The notes under the pieces were generated by a model. It saw nothing but the letters and a program-made list of their open reading frames with translations, was not told where the DNA came from and searched no databases. Shown piece after piece: positions 46,922-58,299 of a stretch of 64,000 nucleotides of DNA (positions within the stretch are counted from its first letter, which is position 1; every line of letters starts with the position of its first letter). Made by a program: the position numbers and the translations under genes. Source of the DNA: Podarcis vaucheri. Taxonomy: Eukaryota. The stretch is from NCBI GenBank assembly GCA_965113315.1, contig OZ220369.1. One strand, 5' to 3'.

Positions 46922-49900
46922 CTGAGGAAACATGGAAGCGGGGGGGGGGGGGGGAGAGAGAGAGAGAGACAAAGGGTGTCAGCCTCCATCACAAATCATC
47001 AGTTTCCTTACTTAGCCATTTTATTTGCTATAGTTTTATCAGGCCGGGAACTCAGGGCAGCATACTGTACATGGTTAGCCCCACTCCAATTTTATCCTCA
47101 CAACAAACTTGTGAGATAGATGATGCTTTAGTGGAGATTCTTCCTGTCCCAAGGTCAAGATGACTGGCTGTCAGTGAACATCAAGGCTATGGAGGGATTT
47201 GAATCCAGGTCTCTGTCAGCACACAACATTGATCTAAATCTAACACCAGACTGGCAAGAAGCTGCTCAGTACTTATGGGCACCCTTGGCCTGCCTCGTAC
47301 CCCCCCAAGACTTTTTGACAACAATTCCCATCATTCCTGAATATTGGCAGTGCTGGCTGAGCTGATACAAGTTGAAGTCCAAAATATCTGGAGCACACCC
47401 AGTTGATGGAGGCTGCCTTAGGGCAATCCCTGGAGGCTACTGGCTAACCATTTCATTCTGTCTCCAGCTGTGGCTGAGAGCATCTCCTACATATGAATGC
47501 CAGACTTCATTTACAGATCACACCAACCCATGAATGAAGCTTGCAGACATAGCAAGTTAATGAGAATGGACTAGCTTACTAATTGGCTATCAGTATCTTG
47601 AGCTGAGGATATAAAGGTATTTGCAGAGAGGAATCTGGAGTTTTGTTTCACTTCTGGAAAAAGGTTTTAAACACAAGCAAAAAAAGAAAATACTGTGTGC
47701 AGCTGAGCTATAAAGGGTATCTCTGTAAAAACCAGCCTGCCAACCTGATAGACAAAAAGAGTGTTAGCTCTGTTGCATTTAGAGCTGGGAGGAAAAGTCA
47801 TGGCAACAAATGAGGCTGTACTGAAACACAACATGTGGGCCTAGAAGGCAAAGTGGCCAGCAGCTACATCTCTCTCCACCACTACCTCCTGCGCCAGAAA
47901 AGCCAGATTAGCTACACACCTACACTCCTCTAAGCTTGACAGGCATAATTCACTCTCTCTCTTGGAGAAAAACTTATCCACTTCCCTCTCTCAACACCGC
48001 TGGAGAGAGCACCACATTCCACAGCATGTTCACACCAGCTGCACAACTGCTTCCTATACACTGCCTTCCACATGCACAAGGTATCATAAACATACTGAAA
48101 GTTTGCTGCATTATCACTCAAAAAGACAAAAGAAAGATGAGTGCAATTGCTCAATCTCCAAGATCTTCCCACGACCTTGTGAGAGAGAAAAAGCACCATA
48201 AGGCAAAGCAAGGTTTAGAAATAAAGGGAGGGAAGGATGTGAGAGATAAAATCAGGAGAAGGCTGCTCCTATCAGGGAGCCCTGGATCTTCTGAAAAGTA
48301 CGTGGTGACAGACAAGACTCTGACAAAGAGCTGCCATTTCTCCTTCCCAGGAAAGGGAGGCTCCTGTGAAGGGGAAATGGTAGCAGAGGAGGAATTAAGA
48401 AAAAGGGGAAGGCAGGTAGCTCCTTCACTTGGGAACACTACAACAGAAGAGGCCATTTAGCCATGTGGGCACATGAAACGCCAAACCTCTGCAACTCCCA
48501 GGAATACAGATGATCACAGGTAGGGAAGAATCCAATGGCTGGAATCAAGAGAGATTCATATGTCCACAAATTCCTACACAAAAGATGCTTCCCTGTTGGA
48601 ATTTGCACTGCCTATTCAAGGCTCAGGAAGGCAATCTCATCCAAACTGCTTACTGTCTAGCTAAAGCATCCCTGGAAAGAGACCCTTAGCCCACTAAGGA
48701 CCAGTTTAGATATGTTTTGGACTGCCCTGTTCTTAGCTTGTTGACTCCCAGCTGGACATGTAAACTGATCTCAGTGACGACAACAAGCCCTCTGTGTTTC
48801 TGGGAGTTCTGATAATATACCATGATATGGCGCACGGCATGTTACTCTTTCATGTCACTTGGTTCCCTCCCTGTGGAATGGGAAGAACAGTGGCCTGCTT
48901 CACGCAGAGCTGGGCAAACTCCAAGGAACCATCAACAGCAGCCACAGTGGCAGATGACATAGGACTGCTTGCCCTGGATGGTTGCTAAACAGCAGAGGCC
49001 CAAAGCCAAGCTGGCAGATGGAAATTAAGGAGGATATACTTTATGCTGCAACTCACTTCCATGTCTGGTGCAAAATTTTCACTGTGATCTTCAAAGTTCT
49101 TTATAGAGGGCTGGATTTACTATTTTTTTATTTAATGAACACAAAGGAGTTATCTGAGTCAATAAACACCTGAAGGTTTGATGCTGTCCTGGAGAAACAT
49201 CAACTGTCATTCCAGCGCCTCTTTCTCCCTCACCTGACCATATCATTCCTGCTTGATTGGTCTAGCACCCCATTCTCTTCCCAGCTGCCTCCCGCTCCTT
49301 TTGCTGCCCCTTCTCTTCCAGAACTTCCTTTTAAAATGCACACAGTCCCTTCTTCAGCTTACATTGATTCAACTTACGGGAAGGGCTGTAGCTGCATGGA
49401 AGAGCACCTACCACAAGATGCAGGAATAGTCACCAACCTAGATGGCTTTAAAAAGATTAGACAAATTCACAGAGGGGAAGGCTATCAATGGCAATTAGCC
49501 ACAATGGCTATGCTCTGCCTCCACTGCTGCATCCAGGTCCAGGCTTCCCATCTTGCTGGCCAGCTAGAGAACAGGATGCTGGATTAGTCAGTTCCTCTGG
49601 CCTATCAAGGCTCTTCTTATAATTAAGTGCTTTGCATGCTGAAGCTCCTAGATTCAATCCCCACCATCTCCGGGCATACTGTATTTACAGGAGGAAAACA
49701 GGGCAGTTGCCCAGGGTGGCAAATTAAAGGAAGAGGCATTGCATTTAATCTGTTGGGAGCTGCCCAGAGTGGCTGGGAAACCCTGCTGGATGGGTAGGGT
49801 ATAAATATATTATTATTATTACCACCTCCCCACTGCCCTGCAAGGCAGCTGCGTGAAGAGCACCTGAAGTGGTCAGAGGCCACACTGAGAGTGTCACTCA

Positions 49901-50345
49901 AAGGGTAGCTGCCCTTGAGCAAACTCCTCTCCTCAGGAGGAGGCGAGAAGAAGGGCAGAAGGGCCTCCCATCCCCCATGCCCTTTGAGCCACACCAGCTG
50001 CATGCAGCCCCTGGACTGGTTCTTACTCTTGGCAAGAAGGCTGCCATCATGCACTGCAAGAGACAGTTCTGTGCACACCTTATTTCAGAGGCAGCAAACC
50101 TTTTCTGCTTGGGACAGAAGACAGAATAAATACATCACTGTATCCAGGTAGAGGTGGGAAAGAATCCCCAGAGACCTGCTGTCAGTCATGTAGATACTCC
50201 TGAGCTATATGGACCAATAGTCTGATTTAAGATTAGGCATCTTCCTACATCCTGGCAGTCCTCCTTTGGACCTCCATTTTAAAACAAAAAGTTGTCTTTA
50301 ATGCTTCTTCTTATTGAGCCAACATCTATTGGTGTATCACTGAGA

Positions 50346-50478
50346 CCAGGTGCACGGAACCTTTGGCCCTCCAGATGTTGCCAAACTGCAACTCCCATCA
50401 GCTCCAGAAAGCATGGCTGAAGACCAAGGATGGTGGGAGTTGTAGTTCGGCAACAACCTGAGGTTCTGCACATCTGGT
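50346..50478. mobile_element. Short fold-back (MITE-like) element, representative of a family with >10 copies in the window
   Basis: CCAGATGTTG..ACT(A/G)CAACTCCCATCA ... TG(A/G)TGGGAGTTGTAGT palindromic core; also at ~4975-5075, 9064-9190, 15085-15300, 32485-32580, 34503-34640, 34960-35085, 40045-40160, 42293-42390, 47300-47415, 52240-52350 and 63835-63935. Confidence 0.7.
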
Positions 50479-52610
50479 CTAGGGCAAGGAGGTTTGTGTT
50501 ACTCAAAAGCTACAGACATTGGTTCAGTTATAACAGAGAGCTTTCTCTTGCTGGGATCCTGCCAAGATACGCCACCCAGAAGAGCCTCTTTCTCATGCTT
50601 CATTGGGAGAACCCTTTTTTTTATTAACAAGATTTATCAGGTGCCTTTCCAAAAGATCAAGTCAACACACAGCAATTCTGTAAATATCATATTAAAATGC
50701 ATGATTTGTTCAGGTGTAAGTGGTAGAATTCATCTGCTGTGGCATTTAAACACAATTACTTCCAACTACAGACTTTTCTTTTATAACAAAACAAAAAAAA
50801 TATAGATGTGTGATTAAATCCCACAGGGCATTTAACTATGACCGAATGTATTAAGGTCCAGAGCTGAAAAAACACTCAAATTTCAAGCAGTGCATTACGC
50901 AACATGCCCCCCCCCCCAATTTCTTAGTACCTGGTTGCTGGGGGTTTTTTAAGCTGCTGAGTAATTGCTAGAACACAAAACTCCCAATACCAAGTCTCTT
51001 ATTCATCCAATAGCTCTGAATCACCACTATTTATCAGTCTGCCCTACCTCATAGGGGTGTCATGATAAATGTCAGCAGCAGGAGTGGGAGAAAGAAAAAG
51101 CACACTCATTCACAGCCTCCCCAGGTGCTCCGGACCCCCACTTCTGCCAACACAGACAATGGTGAGGGATGATGGGAGTTGTAGTCCAAAACACCTGGCA
51201 AGGTAGTTTTTGGTGATCTTTAAGGAGCCCTTTGCTCCCAGGGAGAAAGTGGCACATGAAAAGTAAATCAGCAGCAAAAACCACCAAACTGAAGCAACAA
51301 ATTGCTCTGTTCATAAGAAAATGAGGAACAGCATCACATTTCTAAAGCTTTGCAGCCAGCTAAAGATTTAGCAGCCACTTCCAAAAAAAACTGTGCCCAA
51401 ACTTCCCTATGGTTTACAGAGGGCCCTGAGCGAGACAGCTGCGATGCAAGACAGAAAGGATCTAAGCTTGGAAAAGTCAGGGGAAAATGTTTTCCTCCCT
51501 TGCAACGTTCAGCAACTTGTCTCCAGAAATGGGAACATGCCAGGATATTAAATGAAGATGCTGTCCAGAGCTATAGAGCCGTTCTGCCATAAGAAGGATT
51601 GATGGCAACATAACAGCAAACGACTCACCCAGCCCTTCTGCTGGGACTGCTTATTTTATATTATATATTTTATAGATAGATATAAATGGAAAGGGCCCTC
51701 CTACATGCAACAGCAGCCAGACACACACACACACACACACACCCCAGACCGATAAGCCAGGCATGCAAGCTCTCTGAAGGGACATGCCGCCACCTCTTCC
51801 TACACGCTCTGGCCATAACCTCAAATACAAAACTTATTTTTAAAACGAACACAGGAGAGGACTCCAAAGCATTTCGCTCTGTTCAAGCAAAATCCCCACC
51901 CCCACCCGCAATCAGGAACAGCTGCCATATTTGGGTGGGAATGATCCAGAAACCAGAGACAGGTTTAGTGGGGGAGGCTTAAAAACGCAAAACCCAGCCT
52001 TAACAACCGCCTCGGCAGAAAATACTTGGAAGCATAGCTTAGAGCTTCAAATACAGAACGCGGAGAGGATGCCAGAGCGCTGGCTGGCTAGCTCTCACTT
52101 GGACAAAGGCACAAACCTTTCCCTGATTCAGAGAAGCAAAAGCAGCAGGAGGAGGAAAGACTGGAGGGCAAAAGAAAAGGGAGGGCAGACACTAACTGCC
52201 TTGCAATAGGAGGGCCAGCATGCGGCCCTTTTCCTCACACCAGCCTTCCCCAACATGGCGCCTTCAGGACACACGGACCTACAACTCCCGTCAGCCCCAG
52301 TCAGCACAGCCATACTGTAGTTCAAAAAATCTGGATGGTGCTACACTGGGAAGGGCCATTTTTAGACAGTAAATATGTAAGGGGAGGGGAGGGGGGGTCT
52401 ACCTCTTCCCACTCTTCATCTTAAGACTCTTACCAGATGCAGAAATGGATGGCTTGACAAAAGTACCTTCTTCCCATCTAGACCAATGAAAAGTTTTTGT
52501 GAACTTAAAAGCTTCTGTACCATTTTGTGACATTTGAGTTCGCCCAATAGAGAAACTAAATGTGCGTGTGTTTGGGGTGGAGAATGCCAGTCGGTGTTCC
52601 TATTCACAGG

Positions 52611-52843
52611 AGTCAGTGTGGTGTAGTGGTTAGAGTGCTGGGAGATCAGGCTTCAAATCCCCGCTCAGCCATGATGCTCACTGGGTGTGGTCTTGGGCCA
52701 GCCACTCACTCTCAGCCTAACCTACCTCACAGGATTATTGTGATTAAGAAATGGGGAGAAGCTTGTAGGCCGTATTGAGCTTCCTGGAGAAAGGTGGGCT
52801 ATAAATGGAATGAATGAATGAATGAATGAATGAATGAATGAAT
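52611..52843 (+). mobile_element. MIR/Ther1-related tRNA SINE (Squam3-like) with (GAAT)n tail
   Basis: GTGGTGTAGTGGTTAGAGTG...TTCAAATCCCCGCTCAGCCATG...CAGCCTAACCTACCTCACAGG; ends in a GAAT microsatellite. Reverse copies at ~10545-10680, 11693-11790, 14795-14890, 34130-34326 and 47060-47248. Confidence 0.75.
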
Positions 52844-53333
52844 TTGGAAGCAAGTCCTGCAGAATTGCCCAGAAAATACACAGAATTCATCTGTTTGTTA
52901 TTCTCTGCTTCCCTGCCCTCCTAATGATGCTACCAGGCTCTCATTTACAAGATGCTTCTCTCAAGACCCATTTCTAGTATCCTGTTCCCATTCTTCATGG
53001 TAAACCTGCTGACCTCTTTCTCCTACCTAACAGCTGGTTTATATTTTATCCAAGTGCAAATGCAACACACACACACACACACACTTGCAATAAATGTATC
53101 ATGCAGACACACCAATCAGAAAGCCAGGAGAAGTCATGGCTTCTTGCCTAATGTACTTGCCCGTTCCCCCATCATGGCTAAAGTGAGAATGGAGGATTAG
53201 ATCAGGAAAACAAGAGAGGGTAAGTGAGTGGTGGCGGCTAAACACTCTCTCCCTAGTGCAGTTCCAACAATCCAGTTTGGGGGCTCACAGCTGCTTTGCA
53301 CCATATTAAAAAGTGGGAGGTCCTATCTCATAC

Positions 53334-53402
53334 CCAGCAGCACAACATTTCGTTTGGCAATGACCTCTCATAGCTTCTCTTCTCCCCTGTAGAATCAACC
53401 AT
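53334..53402 (-). CDS. Candidate alternative first coding exon MVDSTGEKRSYERSLPNEMLCCW
   Basis: gccATGg Kozak context, 23 codons, TGG|GTATGA donor in phase 0 matching the 46921 acceptor. Confidence 0.4.
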
Positions 53403-54596
53403 GGCAACAGCTAAGAACACCTTCCATATACTTCCCTGGCTGTTTTGACCCTGGCGTGTTGAGCAAATATCTCCCACTCTGGGCACCATAGAACTGAGAA
53501 TGTTTCCTATCAAATAGCTCTCTCTCCTCAGATATCTCTCTCTCCTCAGACTCAGCTGGACAGACTGTAATAAACCCAGAGCGATAATTCATGTCAGTTT
53601 GGCTTAGCTTGGCATCCCCTGCTCCCCCCCCTTTCTTCCTAATTACAGGTCTGAACTGTACAGTCTTGGCTGTGGGTGCTGCAATTTTTCACTGAGAAAA
53701 ACTCAGCCTTTTGCCCACAGTTGGAGACTGTTTTCCACATGTGAATTGAACACTACATCATAGCCCTTCTCAAGCCTCTGGCTACTTCTGCTTTTCTTGT
53801 TTTTGAAATGTGCAACTGTCTGAAGCGTGAGAAATTGCAACCAAGCCAAGTTCCTAGGCAGGGGGGTAGGGGGGAAAAACCAACGTCATGACAGTTTAAA
53901 AAGTACAAAAAACTAGCTTAGCTTGGTTGACAACTGTCAAAATCAGTATCCAAAAGAAAACAATGCCCTTTTATAGACGTTTGGTGCTGCAAACAGACTT
54001 GGCACAAAAGCTTCTCTTTTCCAAACCCTTTCTTTACTTGGAGATTTAAATAAAAAGTTTTCAGCAACTTCTTTTCTTCTCTACGGATTCGAAAGAGCCT
54101 TGACTAGGCAGTTGGTTGGTTTTTATCACTTATGTAATGTTGTTAGCCGGAATTTGCCTTATACCATTTCCCTCTTAGCAACACATTTTCCCATCTATGA
54201 GCTCTGCAGCTACCCACACTTAATCACAATCTTTCAGAAGAAAATGTATAATTTGCTTCTGAGTGCATGAACATAATGCTACTTGAATAAGTCAGTTCAA
54301 GACACTGGTGGTGGCAAGAATATTTTTACGTAAGCAAGATAATGACAGGTTTGTTCTTGTTTGAAACCCTCCCCACACCTGAAAAGAAAAAGAAACCCAC
54401 CAACCCAACACTGTTTCTATCAAGACCATTAAATCTGCCTACAAAATGTAACCCCCTTTCAAAGGGAAGGAGAAGCCAAATTTTAACAAAAGGGGGAAAA
54501 GTCAGGCATGCTTTGTACTCCAAATTACATCAGTCAGTCAACTATGGATTAACTCCTCACTTCCTCCCCAACTCCCTTCCTACAAAAAAAGTAATT

Positions 54597-57500
54597 TTAT
54601 GTCTGATATGGCAGCGTGTGGGGACCAGGGGAAACAAATACCTCATTATCTGGAACCAATCCATCCGTTTCAGCAGGAGGCCCTTCAGCAACGAGGGAAG
54701 AAAAGGAGGTACTTTCTGAGTTTGGCACAGCAGAGGTCAGCTCCTCCTCTCCACTTGCAGGTGCTGCAGAAGAGGGCAGCTGTGCTGTACTGCAAACTGT
54801 ATCCCACACTGCTCCAGGTGCCAGAGAGAAACCAACTTCTGGTGGCTCTGGCACACCATCTGCACCCAATGGCATAGAGATGGCAAGGCCTTTAATCGCT
54901 TGGGCCACCTGAACAGGCTCCTTGGTGGAGGTGGGCATTGTGGCATTGGCCAGCTCTTCCAGAGCAGGCCGTTCCTCTCTACTTAGAGGCATATTTTCCA
55001 AGGAGAATGGCACAGAAGCAGAGGACATCTCCTCTGCATTTGGTAAGAATGGTATCAGGTCCTCTGCTTTGGGCTCCGAAGTGACTCCTGGAAGACCATC
55101 TTGACCACAAACTTCTTTATACCTGGACATGCAGGCAGCATCCACAATAGGCCCCTCTGCCTCTGGGGTTGAAGCAAGTGAGGATGGCAAAGGCAGGGTG
55201 GAGCATGTTACAGCTGCTGGACCATCAGTGATGGAAGGCCCCACTCCAGTAGAAGGAAAGGGGTCAACAAGCTCCTCTGGGCTATCTGGAGGGGCATCAA
55301 GAGTCTTGTCACTAGGGAGGGGACTGACAGAAGCAGATTCCTCTCCAAAAGAAGAGGCCAAGTCTTCTGAACTGGGCTGTGCAGCAAACAAATCTTCAAC
55401 AAAAGCTTGTGAGTTGGTACACACAAACTTGGCACTACATTCCTCATCCTTTGTTATCTCACTGTCCCTGCTCTGCCCAAAAAGGAACTCCAAGTCTCCA
55501 GGTTCCAAGCAATATCTCTTCTCTTCCACTGGGCTGCCTTTGGCTGCTGCAGCTGCTCCCTGCTCAACTACCTCTGGTGTTTCCTCCTGGAGAAGGGCTG
55601 CACTCGCTGACACTTCTCCATCACACAGCAGCCTTGTTAAAGCCTCAGGTTGACACACAGCCTTCAAGTTCTCAGAGGAGCCTACATGTTTTAGAGGCTC
55701 CTCAGAGTCCCGCAATGCAAACTCACTTTGTGAAGGCACCCAGGAACTATCTACATCCTCTATGTCACTAACGTGGCCCCCACAAAGGAGGTTTTCTTTA
55801 TCCAGTTCTGCAACTTCATCCTCAGAAACCAGCTCTGGGACATCCCAGTTGGAGAAGTCAGTCCTTTCTGATGGGTTGAGCTCATCGCAAGCCTGCAGCT
55901 CTTTCCCCATAGCACTCATCATCTCTTTTGCCAAGTCAAAATCTGGTTGGGAGTCCAGCTCCTCAGCAGTTGTGGCAAGTTCATCATGGCTCGGGGATGC
56001 CTCCTTTGCTCCATAGCAAATGACAGGCTGCATTTGCTGCTGCTCAGTTTCTCTGCCTATGGCAAGAACATGGATGCAAGGAGGTGGTTCTCTACAGCAA
56101 GGGAAATCAACTGAAGCCACAGGTTCACCCATGGCAAAGTCCAACAATCCTTTGACCCTCTGGCTTTCTGCAGGGTCATGACCTGCCAACAGTTCTGCCC
56201 CATACTCCTCTATCTGACTAACTAAGGATGAGAGTGATTGTTGGGATACAGCATCTTTTTCAAGCGGAGGACTGGAAGACGTCACCTTTTCAGAGTCACC
56301 AGAAGTTTCCCGTTCAGAGTAGCACTCTGAAAGGGTAGCTTCTGCTGTACTTACTGCTTGAGAACCACATGTGGCATCAAAGTCCTCCAGATCTGAGACC
56401 ACAGCAGAGTCTGCCATGCTGACTTCAAGGTGAGTCAAGGGCTGGGAGGCTCCCGCCAAGTCCTTCTGCATGTCCAGCCCTTCTGAACACTGATTAGCAT
56501 TCTGTACCTCCAGATCACCTGGAGCCACTCCATCCCCTCCTTCTTCGAGCATGCAAAGCTTTTCTAGTTCAAGGAACATCTGCACAGAATCCGTGTCAGA
56601 GAACTGCTCTGGGGCAAGGGAGATGGCACAGGCTTCTAGGCCAGAAGCAAATTCCTCCTCTTCAATTTCGGCTGCTACAGCTTCAGCATTGCAGGCACCA
56701 GCCTCCTCCACCTCCTCCTCAAGAGTAGCGTTTAAGTCTTGGTGCGTTTCCTGGGGAACGAGAGCAGAGTTGACAGCTCGCAGCTGTGAGTCATCCCACA
56801 GCTCTTGCCAGTGAGATGGGTGGTTAGAGGTCCCTTGGACACCAGCAAAACTCTCTACAGCTTCCGTAAGTGTCACGGCTGGAACACTTAATTGTTCCTT
56901 TTCTTCAGAAATATCTGTCAAGTAACAACTTCTTTTCTCAGCAGCCTTCCCTGACAGCAAGCCTTCCTCCCACTCCTCCCCAGCCTCCATCATGATCAAT
57001 CGCTCATCCTCCTCAAACCTCAGCTCCGACTCAGTCTTTTCCCGGAGGTTGGGGGCGATGAGAATGCTCATCCCTGGGTCCAGGAGCTCTTCACTCAGGC
57101 AAGGAGACAGTGGCACTGTTTCTATGACACAGTCTGTGTTGTCTGCCTCCAAGGTGTCATGATGCCCACTGCCAAGGCCTGCTCTGATGGCATTTTTCAT
57201 CACCCTTGGCCACGTGGCGCTCGAGAGCCTGTGGTCCCGCCGCCTGCCGCCGGTCAGGTCAATTACCATGTCCTCTGGTCCCAGAAGAGGCTGGCACTCA
57301 TCCTGAGACAACTCACAGAAGGCTTCGCTTAGCTGCTTCACTTCCTGAATTTCTGGAACTCCAGACAGTTTGGGAATGTGCTCCAGGGTCAACGGCTCTG
57401 ACATGCATTCCCCCTGGTCGGACTGCCTAGGGCTCTCTGCCAACATGGCAGTGGACTCCTGCTTCTCTTGCAAGGATGGGTTAGAAACTCCAGCTTCTGA

Positions 57501-57962
57501 GACTTCACTCAAGGAGGCCTCAATTCTCTCAGCAAACTCGGGGAAATTGGGTGGCATAAAGGACTTCCATGACCGCCTGTTGACATTCTCCTTCTTCTCC
57601 GGGTTTGGCCGCCGCCTTGGGGGTGCCGGTGCTGACTTGGAGACATCACTGCTAAGTTTCAAGGCATCAAAAATGACCCTCTCGTCTAACTTTTTGCTCT
57701 CGGGTGCCTTTGATTCAAAGACACTGGGTGCCCCTAAAGTCCCATTGCTAGAGATTGTGCTGCCATCCCCTTTTTCAAGGGTACTCTTGGAAGGCTGGCT
57801 AGTCTTGGACCCCTGATCAATTTGCTCATTTATCCTCATGGTGTCGTAGATGGACCTCTGAGGGACGTAACAGTCTTCTATATACCCATCCTCATCCTCT
57901 CCTTTCCCCAAGCAAGCAGGACTCTGCCTTAAACAGTCAGGCCTGCTGAGTGGCTTGCCCAT
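54597..57962 (-). CDS. KIAA0754: KIAA0754-like large acidic, largely disordered ORF nested in a MACF1 intron (1121 aa to stop; or 1107-codon alternative first exon ending at donor 54642)
   Basis: Uninterrupted ORF. N-terminus MGKPLSRPDCLRQ...YIEDCYVPQRSIYDTMRINEQIDQGSK and internal motifs NRRSWKSFMPPNFPEFAERIEASLSEVSE, REKTESELRFEEDER and SDTDSVQMFLELEK match my recollection of KIAA0754, which lies within human MACF1. Start is in strong aagtATGg context. Confidence 0.9.
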   Translation of the reverse strand: MGKPLSRPDCLRQSPACLGKGEDEDGYIEDCYVPQRSIYDTMRINEQIDQGSKTSQPSKSTLEKGDGSTISSNGTLGAPSVFESKAPESKKLDERVIFDALKLSSDVSKSAPAPPRRRPNPEKKENVNRRSWKSFMPPNFPEFAERIEASLSEVSEAGVSNPSLQEKQESTAMLAESPRQSDQGECMSEPLTLEHIPKLSGVPEIQEVKQLSEAFCELSQDECQPLLGPEDMVIDLTGGRRRDHRLSSATWPRVMKNAIRAGLGSGHHDTLEADNTDCVIETVPLSPCLSEELLDPGMSILIAPNLREKTESELRFEEDERLIMMEAGEEWEEGLLSGKAAEKRSCYLTDISEEKEQLSVPAVTLTEAVESFAGVQGTSNHPSHWQELWDDSQLRAVNSALVPQETHQDLNATLEEEVEEAGACNAEAVAAEIEEEEFASGLEACAISLAPEQFSDTDSVQMFLELEKLCMLEEGGDGVAPGDLEVQNANQCSEGLDMQKDLAGASQPLTHLEVSMADSAVVSDLEDFDATCGSQAVSTAEATLSECYSERETSGDSEKVTSSSPPLEKDAVSQQSLSSLVSQIEEYGAELLAGHDPAESQRVKGLLDFAMGEPVASVDFPCCREPPPCIHVLAIGRETEQQQMQPVICYGAKEASPSHDELATTAEELDSQPDFDLAKEMMSAMGKELQACDELNPSERTDFSNWDVPELVSEDEVAELDKENLLCGGHVSDIEDVDSSWVPSQSEFALRDSEEPLKHVGSSENLKAVCQPEALTRLLCDGEVSASAALLQEETPEVVEQGAAAAAKGSPVEEKRYCLEPGDLEFLFGQSRDSEITKDEECSAKFVCTNSQAFVEDLFAAQPSSEDLASSFGEESASVSPLPSDKTLDAPPDSPEELVDPFPSTGVGPSITDGPAAVTCSTLPLPSSLASTPEAEGPIVDAACMSRYKEVCGQDGLPGVTSEPKAEDLIPFLPNAEEMSSASVPFSLENMPLSREERPALEELANATMPTSTKEPVQVAQAIKGLAISMPLGADGVPEPPEVGFSLAPGAVWDTVCSTAQLPSSAAPASGEEELTSAVPNSESTSFSSLVAEGPPAETDGLVPDNEVFVSPGPHTLPYQT

Positions 57963-58299
57963 ACTTTTCAAAACAATAAAAGAAAACAGAACAGAATAGA
58001 ATGGGGGGACCCGCAAAGAAGAGCCCCACAACAAGAAGGAAAAAAAAAAACCTCCCCTGCCTCACAAGCTCTCCATTCAAAGCAAAAAGAAATAGATTAC
58101 GGTGGAGCAGGGTGTCTTTTGAAAATCCCTAATAACGACTTGGGAGGCCACAATTTTGTATTCCACAGAAGTTACAGAGCTTTCCAGAGAGAAGTCATCT
58201 TCCACCGTGGAAGTCCTTGAAAGAGGCAAGGCATTCCATGGCTCCTGCGGAAACGCTAGCAGTCCAAGGCCAACACATAAAGCCGTTTTTGCCGATCGC

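Noticed and set aside
47930-48460. ORFs MWKAVYRKQLCSWCEH... and MASSVVVFPSEG... as alternative first exons
   Set aside because: No convincing in-phase donor and no recognisable similarity
54597-58034. ORF-track start at 58034 (MLWGSS...)
   Set aside because: Non-ATG start in pyrimidine-rich leader sequence; the recognisable protein begins at ATG 57962
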